Position numbers and translations under genes: made by a program
Assembly (NCBI GenBank): GCA_044892505.1
Contig: CM097882.1
Span: forward strand, 514,477,449 to 514,540,000
DNA length: 62,552 bases
Direction: 5' to 3'
Origin: Schmidtea nova
Lineage: Eukaryota
The notes under the pieces: model-generated
What the model was told of the DNA's origin: nothing
What the model saw: the letters and a program-made list of their open reading frames with translations, nothing else
The model's database searches: none
Shown: in pieces, positions 53,284-62,552 of the stretch
Position numbering within the stretch: position 1 is the stretch's first letter
Layout: each line of letters starts with the position of its first letter

Positions 53284-53430
53284 TCCACCGATATTAAAGA
53301 TTTACGAATCCGTTATTCATCAAGACAATCCACAAAGAAATATTTCCACCGATATTAAAGATTTACGAATCAATTATACATCAATACAATCCCCCAAAAG
53401 AAATATTTCCTCCTATATTAAAGATTTAAT
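53284..53430. repeat. About 62-bp tandem repeat, about 2.5 copies
   Basis: TCCACCGATATTAAAGATTTACGAATC unit repeated with divergence. Confidence 0.8.
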
Positions 53431-54037
53431 TAAAAATCTGATATTTATCCCAGAGGATCGGAAAGTAAATTGCTAAGTCAATACCCTAAGAAATAATTCC
53501 ACCGAATTAAAGTAATGTTTCGTGGTTTTAGAATTTCGATTTTCCCTAAATACGATTTTTTGTAAAAAATATAGTTTATTATTTAAATTTTGTTATTCAT
53601 TTTCAGATTTTGAATTGCTGTAGAACCCAACATCATACAATCACACACCCCGAGTGTCTCCACACGATTCGTTTTTTTGGAAGACTCTCGGGCTCTACAA
53701 GTTCTTATTAATAAACATTAACGTTAAAAGCATTAAAATTTGTATAATAATTGTAATGCCATTACATAGGTGGACCAAAATTTACAAAAATTTGGGATAT
53801 TTTCCTTAACCAAAAATTGGCATTTAATTTTAGATAGTAGAGATTGTTATAATTTCATGATTATGTTTGTTTAAAATTGTAACTAACGAACGTAAATCTG
53901 ATATCGTGCAAAGTTAAAAACAATGATTTAAAAATTCGAATAAAGATTGTTTGTAAATTATGATTATATTCTCATCACGAATGATAATATATAACCAGCG
54001 CATTTCTACAATAAAAACACTCTATATAAAGGCAATA

Positions 54038-55101
54038 CACCTGGTTTCGTAGTTTAAAAGTAACTAAGATACAAATAGGTGTGTACATCTACTTGTTACT
54101 CATAGTTACTTCGAATTTTTTATTTATTCATTTAGCCATTTTTTTAAAATGGCTATCAGCTAAGTTTATTTATTAAGATATCTTTTAATGCTTCTATTTT
54201 GATCTTACAATGATATGAGATCACTATAGAAGCTTTGGAAGATTATCTATAATCTTCACTATTATTTTGATTTTATATTTATTAGGTTTTTAGAAAAATA
54301 TGATTTTTTATGAAGTTTTTGGGAAGTATTTTACATTAAACTTAAGTAAAAATATTTTTTAACAATAGTTTATTAATGAAATTAGTAAGTCTCCAAATAT
54401 TTCCATTATAATTGTTCTACACTTATCTTTATTTAATCTTTAAATACTTTCTAGGAAATCATTATTTTTTAAACATTTTTTGGGAATTATTTTCATTTTA
54501 CGTAAATTAAAAAATCATTATTATTAAAAAGAATAATTATTATTATTAAATAAAAATTTTTTATTCTGAAATATTTTTTTTTGAATATTCCAAATAATAA
54601 CTTTATTGTTAAATTTTATTTTCCTGAATTAACTGAGACTTCAAAATGATTTTAATTGTAGGATAAATATGTTAAATTGTCTATAATTTGAAAAACATTA
54701 GACGGAATTATTTTTTTAGTACTGAAAACGAAAAAAATTTCCAAAAAAACTTTTGGAAATTTATAAAATTTTACATTAAAATAAAACTTACTATGGTATT
54801 TATCCATTTTCTTGACAAATCCCTTAGGAAATATTCCAAATATTTACCCAAAAACCATATTTGAAAAATAAATAAATTTATTATAGGACTTTTAATCGCG
54901 TAACAAGATGTACCCTTAAAAGTTTGCATGCAATTTTCATTATGTGTTGTGTGTATTATTTATTTTTTCTTACACATTGTCTATCACAAAAAAATCTTTT
55001 AAACTACGAAATATCAAAATTTAACACCAACGAAAGTTTTCATTTGCTATTGGTTATTTTTAATTTATATTATAGAAACTTTTAATGTATGAAACCATGT
55101 G
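54038..55101. mobile_element. Tc1-like non-autonomous element, copy 3
   Basis: Ends CACCTGGTTTC/GAAACCATGTG with TA flanks; shares GATATGAGATCACTATA.AAGCTTT with copies 1 and 2. Confidence 0.7.
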
Positions 55102-55759
55102 TAGTATTTAAGTAATATTTCCAAGTTTTAAAGGAGAATCTTCTGGGTTCTACAAAATAAAATCAACAAAGCATAAATTCGCATGCCTCTACAATTAGAA
55201 TAACAAACTGACAAAATTAAAACTTAATACGGTTATTTAATATATTTTAAAATAGAATTTAAAAAATTTGTTGCTAATTTCTTATGAAAAAGTTTTTTTT
55301 TGAGTTTCTTTTTAAAACTTTTAACATTTATCATAGAAAATTAAACTAAATATTTACGAAAATTCAAATTTGTAAATTCAAACTCATAATTCACTTTCTG
55401 TGCATTTTATATATTTTCTATAATATTTTATAGGCTCTTAACAAATGGAATTAATATATGTAGAAAAAGACCAAAATACTTTATTTCAGCATCTTTGCCT
55501 CATTAAGGAATTGTGCTAGAAATTGACGATTAAGAATTATTTTCGAAAAAGATTTATTTAATTTGCTTCAAAATAATTAAAAAAAATTAAATAAATGAAA
55601 CGCTTAATTTGTTTGCAGAATGTTTTTTACACCTGGTGAGAAATCCAAATGAAAATTGTTAGTGAAACAAGATTTTCAACAGATGTATAACTTGGTGTTA
55701 CAATTTTATAGAATTTTATATAGAAAAAGCAAATGATTGGAAAAAACTGTATTACAGAT

Positions 55760-56209
55760 CAGTGGCGGAACTACTGGACGCAGGACCCTGCGTTGCGGGG
55801 GGGCCTACCAGCTATAGGGGGCCCTCATATAAAAAAATTATACTCTCAATAATATTTATACTATAAAACTCTTTTCCGCAGGTATAGTGGGCCCTAAAAT
55901 ATAAAACTTGGATAAAAAAATGTCATCCATCGTATTAAAATATATTGTTCAAAAATTTATTTTTTATTGGAGTGCGTAGTTTACATTTAAACGAAAAGTT
56001 TTAACCTTTTTAAAATTACATACGCAATTGAGAAATAAAGTACGATTATCAGCTGCGAGTTTCGTTTTTAAGTTATCTTTATCTTTATTTAATTTTTTGT
56101 TTTTAAATATGATATATGAAATAAATATCTATTTAATATGTGAAGCTTTATTTTTTTAAAAAAAAACATTCTTTTGCGGGGGGGCCCAAATTTTGAAGTT
56201 CCGCCTTTG
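55760..56209. mobile_element. 450-bp hAT MITE
   Basis: TIRs CAGTGGCGGAACT/AGTTCCGCCTTTG; perfect 8-bp TSD TTACAGAT. Confidence 0.93.
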
Positions 56210-57099
56210 TTACAGATAAATCTTAACGAATGAAAATCAATTTCATTCATTTAGTGTGTTTGCGCTATGCACCCAGGAATTTCTCATCCATGCATAACTG
56301 ATATGAGCCAATCAATTGCACCAAAGTAGAATTTATTATATAATTACAGGTATATACAGGTGTAAGACGGGTTTGGTTCCAGACCACCGCCATTTGGCGG
56401 AAATCGCCGTATGGTGAGTCACTTGCTTTTTTTTCACTCGCTCCCACGGTGCGGTTAAGCAACGGGCCAATATGTTTTTATATAATTAAAAATTTAAAAA
56501 CCCCTTTTTAAATATTTTGTTTTTTAAATATGGGGAACCAAATTTTTTTAGGGTCCCCAACTGAAACTGCTGGAGTTGAACCTAATGTTTATTAATACAT
56601 TATAGTCCATTACACTACAGATTAAAAATATTAAAAACAATAATTACAAAACAATTAACAATAAATTAATACTGACCCTTTGCTCTACTAGACCCCGCTA
56701 CCAAATTTAAACACCTTTGAAACTTTTTTCAAATTTAAACACACATTACCATCAACTTTTTTTTTGAAATCGACCCTTAATTGGCGACTTTATTGGCGAG
56801 ATTTCATGAAAGAATACCATCTTCTATAATATTAGTCGGTGATATGTCAAATATTACTCATGATTTTTAACTGGATAAAGTAAGAAATTTACATTAATTT
56901 ACAATTTAAATATGACTTTTATTAGTAATTTACCAACGTTATAATGGATTTATATTCACATAAAGTAAGAAACTAAAGTAAAATTTATTATTTTATAACA
57001 TTAATAACATTAATCTCTAAAGATATCTATTTTTTGGAGGATTTTGAAAAAAACTAATGGATATGATGAAAACAATTTTTAAGATTATTATATCGATAT

Positions 57100-57790
57100 T
57101 TTTCTAACTCATTTTGCAATGCTTCTTTTATTAGGCCAATTTTTTTCTACTGAAATATTTTTGATTTAATTGTCTTTTTTTGGGATTTCTTTAAGTTTTT
57201 CAAATTGTAGGTAATCCTCCTCATGACATTGTCGATTTTGGCTTTGTCAGCCTCTGAAATTCTATAACATTTTTAAAATTCCAGCCAATAAAACCTACAT
57301 TTCTCTAGTTTTTCTTTGTAAATCAAGCACTTCAGAACTTTATTGTCCTTTATTAAATGATACTCCATGAAAATTTTGATTTAATTATATATTGAAAATA
57401 ATCTTTACAAATTTGACCTATAATTTTCCGGAAAACTTAACGTTGTTCCTTTAAAAATATCAGAATTGCTATAAAAAATTTTACTAAATTATAAAATGAA
57501 AAATAAATCTTAAAAAATAATTTCTTTCAAAGATTTTGCATTTAAAATTGGTTTTATTTTGAAAATCGATAAAAAATAATTAAATTAAGGAGATACTCCA
57601 ACTTTTTTGTGTGTAAAATTTATTATTGATTTTTATTGATTGATAAAATTTGCAGTTTCTACTATATAATGCCTTTTTTGGTTTACAAATATCTCTACAC
57701 CTTTGTCTACCACATAATAAAAAATGCTATTCATTGTTAGCACATCGATAACACACAGGTGAGTGTTTGCAATTTCTATAGTATAATTTA
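57100..57790 (-). mobile_element. Tc1-like family remnant, copy 4
   Basis: 57640-57790 resembles 33000-33130, and about 57240-57270 resembles the HTH-coding segment of copy 2. Confidence 0.55.
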
Positions 57791-57810
57791 TTTTTATATT
57801 ATAGGAGGAG

Positions 57811-57979
57811 CAGTGCTTCTCAAACAGCGAGCTACAGAACGTTAGAGAGCCTCGAAATTCTCCAAGTATGCTGCAAAATCTTTAAAAGAATTGTGTGTAA
57901 ATGTTAATTGTAGATTGTCAATTCACTTTTCTGTTCGTCATGGCTTCTACCAAAATATAAAAAAGTTAACTAGGAACTG
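57811..57979 (+). mobile_element. Degenerate hAT (Charlie-like) MITE next to the viral insert
   Basis: Starts CAGTGCTTCTCAAAC; right end degenerate; no TSD match. Confidence 0.45.
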
Positions 57980-58290
57980 GGTACCCCCCCCCCCCCACGT
58001 ACCCCCCGTTACCCAAGTGTTATAAAACCCAACCGACTGTTCCAGACTGCCTACGGCAGATTACTCAGATTATTGTTAAACTTTTTATATAGGGTAAGTA
58101 AATAGGATCATTCCCCAAGTAGAGTTAAGTAAATTGGATTACTCTATATAAAAAGGTTATAGCTGAGTTGAGTAAATCAATAATAATTCAATTTAAAATA
58201 TTTATTAATCTTATTCAACTTAACTACAAGCAAGTAAACAGTTAATTATGAAAAATAACAAGGATTAATCAAATTTAGTGTCACAGATTC

Positions 58291-59767
58291 CTATGAAGAT
58301 TCGATTAGGTCGTCCGCAATGTTTACAGGTGATGCTGCTGAAGGATCTGATTGGTTTGGTTCTAGGGAGCTCCTGAACAATCTCGTCGTGTTCTGATAAG
58401 GGTTCTCTATCACCTGAAGAATAATAAGATAAAAATTATATATAATAATATACTTCTAATTCATTTATATAACATTTGTATAGAGGCTCTTTAAAATGAT
58501 GAACGACAATTCGACGATTAATCGCTGCTTGAATTTCAGGCGATATATTGTCAGGAAAGAAGTTATCAAAGGTATTAATGCAGAATATCCGCGGGCAGCA
58601 TTTTGGGATGATTGCAACGCTATATTTAATATTAACACAATTCTCGAATGCCAGATCAATTAGACTCAAAAACTCAGAAGCTGAAAATTTATTGAAATAT
58701 AAGTCGTCAAAGACAACGCCATCTGTCTTGGAAACATCTGATGATATTCGACCTAACATCTGCATGTGCTTTACGTGTACAGGAACTTTGAAGTGGTTTA
58801 GCGCGAAATTGGTCTTGCCGATGCCGCTCGTACCGATAAATATATGACTGCGCATATCATGGACATTAATTGAAGCCCTAGCAAAATGAATAAAATTGGC
58901 ATTCGCAGGCTTTCCATATTCAGAAATCAATGATTCGATAATTACTTTGCGCTTGGTTAGATAATGAAACGGTTCGTGGTCCTTGATAACTTTAAGTGCC
59001 TCGTCAAAAGAAGTTGCATTAAGAGATTGTTTAAAATGATTATCATAATATTTCTTACCCTGTTCGCCATAACATATATTGAGGCCTCCTGGAACTCTCG
59101 ACTCCTGTTTTGTGGCGTATTGGTGAACCTCAGATCTCGCAGAAGCTGGATGCCCTTTAACATAGGGAATAAAGAAGGTCGATCTGACAGCGGAGATAGT
59201 GTGATTTCGAACTGTCTCCAGCATACACTGCAGATGGCGGAAATCATTTTCGCCAATTTCCTCCTGGCATACAAAGTACTTAGTAGGCTTAGAGTCACTC
59301 CATATTGCTCTAAGTCTGGCTTCATTTTCTCTAAAGTAGGCCATGCCGATGTTGAAGCTCCAAAGATAATATCGTTTCCGAAAAATGTTATCGTTTGCAT
59401 CGTTGACTCTATTTCCCAAACAGGAAGAAGAGTAGCGATTAATCTCTGCCGCCACTGCGTCAGTCTTCACCTCTCGAAGTCGTTCAAGGTTTTTTCTTGA
59501 ATCATCCATTGAACTAACTTTAGACTGTTGCGGAGCATTATGCATACTGTGCACAGGTGTGGCTGGCATTGAGGAACAAAGCTCGTCTCCCCCAAGAATA
59601 GGTTCTTCACGTGGCCGCTTAGATGATGTATTGGAGGATTGTTCCGCAGTGCGTTTGTGTACGATTCTAGAGTCTTTAATTTTTTGATAAATATATATAT
59701 AAATAATTAAAATTTTACGTTTAGCTCTGCCCAACGAACGTTTGTTTGGCGACTTATCCAAGGACAT
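58291..59767 (-). CDS. rep: CRESS-type Rep (HUH endonuclease + SF3 helicase); unspliced ORF 58436-59767; predicted exons 59767-59719, 59673-58454 and 58413-58291 (463 aa)
   Basis: Motif I LWSFN, motif II RHLQC, motif III QYATK, Walker A GTSGIGKT, Walker B VVFDD, motif C IFCIN, Arg finger INRR. Two AT-rich GT-AG segments of 45 and 40 nt; AATAAA on the minus strand at about 58200. Confidence 0.92.
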
Positions 59768-59922
59768 TCTTCGACCGTGTTGTATTTTTCAACAAGTAAG
59801 GTTATTTTCTTCACCAATAACGAGTGTTGCCCAACTAATAAAATATTAAATTGTTTTAATGCTCGGGTATGATCTTCTATCTTAACTATTGTTGTTGTGG
59901 ATATAACTCCGTCGTCTGACAT
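59467..59922 (-). CDS. Predicted spliced accessory protein overlapping Rep (exons 59922-59719 and 59673-59467, 136 aa)
   Basis: Removing the same 45-nt intron joins the 71-aa ORF in phase 0 to a 68-codon open alternative frame (CQPHLCTVC). Confidence 0.55.
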
Positions 59923-60005
59923 TAATGATAATTATTGCTAAGATGCAATCTATATATATAATAAATTCAAATTCAAATTCAAATTTATAATTCAAATTAA
60001 TTGCT
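59923..60005. promoter_or_regulatory. Putative bidirectional viral promoter
   Basis: Symmetric TATATATATA at 59951-59960, 29 nt from the minus-strand ATG and 45 nt from the plus-strand ATG; AAATTC repeats. Confidence 0.55.
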
Positions 60006-60593
60006 ATGCCTAAATTCAAAGGAGAATTTCATATCCCAAATTATAATTTTTGTGGTCCTGGAACTAGGACAGACATTCGGCTAGATAAAAATAATATTCC
60101 CCATAAATTTTCTGAGCCTATTAATCAAATAGACGAGCAGTGCTTAAAGCATGATATTGTTTACGGTAGTACCAAAGATAGAACCAAAAGATACCATTCA
60201 GATAAAAAACTTATTATGGATATTAGGTACTTACGAAATAAAACCAGAGAAGAAGATGTAGTAGGAAACCTTATAATATTTGTATTCGAATTAAAAAATT
60301 TAGTTGAGTCAAAACTAGGCCTAATTAATAGTAACAAAATTACCCCCGAGGAACGCCAAGCTATGAAAAATTATGTTAATAATTTAGAATATGCTACATC
60401 TCTAACAAAGTTTCTCGGAACTGGGCATGATCTAAAAAAACTAAATGCTAATTGGTATCATGACGCCTTATTGTTTGTATATCGTATATACAGTACCCAT
60501 ATTAGACCTGCTATACACAAAACAGTTATGTCTTTTGAAAATAAATTAAGGACTAATCCGTATCATGCGTTATTAATGAGCAATAATCTCTAA
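60006..60593 (+). CDS. Viral phospholipase A2 domain protein (VP1u-like)
   Basis: Ca-binding loop YNFCGPGT, PINQIDEQC, catalytic KHDIVY and downstream SDKKL. Confidence 0.9.
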   Translation: MPKFKGEFHIPNYNFCGPGTRTDIRLDKNNIPHKFSEPINQIDEQCLKHDIVYGSTKDRTKRYHSDKKLIMDIRYLRNKTREEDVVGNLIIFVFELKNLVESKLGLINSNKITPEERQAMKNYVNNLEYATSLTKFLGTGHDLKKLNANWYHDALLFVYRIYSTHIRPAIHKTVMSFENKLRTNPYHALLMSNNL

Positions 60594-60613
60594 GAAGCGA
60601 CGTATTTAAAGAA

Positions 60614-62552
60614 ATGGGATTGAATTGGAAATTTAATACGCGGGCTATAAACTATGCTTTACGAAATTATGTGAAACCTTCATGGCGTGCTACAAGGCGA
60701 TTTATGCATACTAAAGGAGATGTTCTGGGACAGACCTTTAATGATCTTGTTATGGCTGCAATGGAACACATGAAAGTAGGAAGATATGAGAGTACTAGGG
60801 AATTTATGTTTAAATATAATAAAGACGAACATGCATTTTTTGAAATGGTGAATTCAGATGACTTAATTGATGTATTTAAGATGTCAGAATTATACAGTAA
60901 GATAGACTTACGAGAATTATTTCGATATAATCACCAAGATAGATATACCCTACAATCAAGATATCTAGATGAGCATAAAGAATTAGATATGTTTGCTAAA
61001 GATAAATCAGAAGCATATAATAGATATGGCCATGATATTATTAAACGATGGTTTGATCACTTATCAATACAAGAAGTTGCAAATATTATGAAAATAAAAT
61101 CAAAATACACAGACGAAGAAATTGTAAGTCATCAGTGGTGGAAATATTATAAATATATCCCGAATTTAATAAAAGGAAATGAGTGGTTATATGCTTATTT
61201 TTTTCAACGAAGATATGACTTGCCGTTATATGAACGTTTAAAACAAGCCATCGGAAATACTCTTTATCAGTTAGAAGGTATTCACGGATATCCATTTAAA
61301 GCAAGTATTAATTTTGAACACAACGAACTTCCGAAAGAAGATGAAGATTTAACAGAAGAAAGAGTTAAACGTTCCGCTCCTACAGTTAAACAATATAGAA
61401 CGACGGAACAGTTACATGATAAATTTGAAACGTTTTTGCATAAACTAAGACATGAATCTTATACTAATAAAAATAATCATTTTGAAATTGTTCAAAGAGG
61501 AAGAGTATTAAATTACTTGAGGCAATATAATCATCATAAATCGCCTACTCATGCTGCTTGGAGCGCTGCATATACAGCCGAGATGGTAGCCTACGAGGAA
61601 CGCTTATCTAAAATGTATGCTGATAGGACAGATCGTATAGTCGTCGATCATTCGTCAATTGTTAACGACAATCACGACCTATATAATAAGGAAGTTTACA
61701 AATATCAAGGCATTAATACAGTTACAGAAGCTTTGAATGAAATGGCAAATGCAGGAACAACAGGAGCTCCTTCGACTGACCCAGGAACCAGTAGCTCAGG
61801 TGGCGGAGGGGGAATTTTACGAGGAAGTCAAGGAGACCATAGACCGCCTCTCGAGGCAAGTCGACTCACTTTTACCACCACCAACTGCGGGGCCTCGTGC
61901 ATCCAAACTACTGAGATCACGACTGGTATAATATCAATCTCGAGTACCCTTATCCTCATATTGTGGCTTCAAATCCGGACTTTTGGTCGGCGATTAATCG
62001 TTACCTGTGGTGGAAACCGATATCTATGCACTACGAAATCTTTAATATCCAAGTCATTGGTGAAACTAGCGCCAATAATTTCAACGGTTTACAACAACAA
62101 GCGGAATTTTTAGTTTATAAAGATACGAAACAGATATTTGGACCATGTGCTGCTCCTCCTACAGGTGCGAAATCATTTAAGGATATGTGGTTGGGTGAAG
62201 CAACATTACACAATGGATTTAAATTGGATGGCGGACTAGCATTATTAACACCTTGTCCTTTAGAGAAAGCAGGCTGGAATTACATTACAGAGACATGTGC
62301 CGAAGTTGAAATAATAAACTGTAATACTGACAGTAGTTATACATATGATTATGAAGCGAGTAAAAAAAATGCACCAAGATATATAAGAGAATGGCAAGAC
62401 CAAAATATAAATCTAAAAACCCATCCATAAAAAAACGTCGTTCCTTGGTATAGATTTGATTACTTTGGATGTCGAAAAATAAAACCGTTTTATCAAGTAT
62501 TAGGTTCGATTGGGCGAATGTGTTATACAGCTGATAAACGGAAATGTCTGTA
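60614..62552 (+). pseudogene. Parvovirus-like capsid gene with long unique N-terminal region; frameshift at about 61915, in-frame TAA at 62428-62430, continues past the window end
   Basis: MANAGTTG...SSSGGGGG at ATG 61742 (VP2-like start). After the shift, DWYNINLEY..FWSAINRYLWWKPISMHYEIFNIQVIGE..NN matches the parvoviral pattern DWQRLINN.WGFRPK.L.FKLFNIQVKEV. The frame reopens after the TAA (KNVVPWYRF...). Confidence 0.8.

Larger units (their letters stand above)
57980..62552. mobile_element. Endogenous hybrid ssDNA virus (CRESS-type Rep + PLA2 + parvovirus-like capsid), running off the window end
   Basis: See the component features; divergent gene layout around an 83-bp intergenic region. 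Confidence 0.85.

Noticed and set aside
53620-55152. TGTAGAACCC...GGGTTCTACA as ends of a solo LTR containing the Tc1-like copy
   Set aside because: Only a 10-bp match; no TSD established; an alternative end at about 53699 is equally plausible.
62321-62329. CAGTATTAC nonanucleotide on the minus strand with a 5-bp stem
   Set aside because: It lies inside capsid coding sequence, the stem is very weak, and the motif is plausible by chance in AT-rich DNA.
3793-62430. Many interrupting stops are TAA/TAG at positions where Gln would fit (3799, about 15751, 43998, 62428), suggesting a TAR=Gln genetic code
   Set aside because: The intact innexin, TRAF exons and Rep contain many Gln but no in-frame TAA/TAG. 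CAA/CAG-to-stop transitions are the expected neutral decay, and TGA interruptions also occur.
1-62552. CRISPR arrays, rRNA or tRNA genes
   Set aside because: No repeat-spacer array, cloverleaf with A/B boxes, or rRNA-like segment was recognised; the context is eukaryotic.

Overview
AT-rich eukaryotic genomic DNA, animal by inference (innexin and TRAF genes, short GT-AG introns; a compact or parasitic lineage is plausible but cannot be determined here). About two thirds is transposon debris: a full-length Gypsy element with LTRs and a 5-bp TSD, further Gypsy remnants, hAT/hATm, Zator, Merlin, mariner, Tc1-like elements, a Maverick integrase remnant and MITEs. There are two assembly gaps. Host genes are an innexin, a TRAF-like gene, and pseudogenes of a second TRAF, a 5'-nucleotidase, an AGC kinase and a secreted protein. 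Two things stand out. (1) At 57980-62552 is an endogenous hybrid ssDNA virus: a CRESS/circovirus-type Rep (apparently spliced, with an overlapping spliced ORF) transcribed divergently from a PLA2 ORF and a parvovirus-type capsid. (2) At 6146-7831 is an innexin fused in frame to an apparently catalytically dead Ulp1/SENP-like (C48) domain, with reciprocal loss of one extracellular disulfide pair. Also seen: a minimal Penelope-type hammerhead ribozyme, a twice-present orphan coiled-coil gene family, and a near-perfect 123-bp palindrome. All family assignments come from motif recognition by eye; no searches were run.
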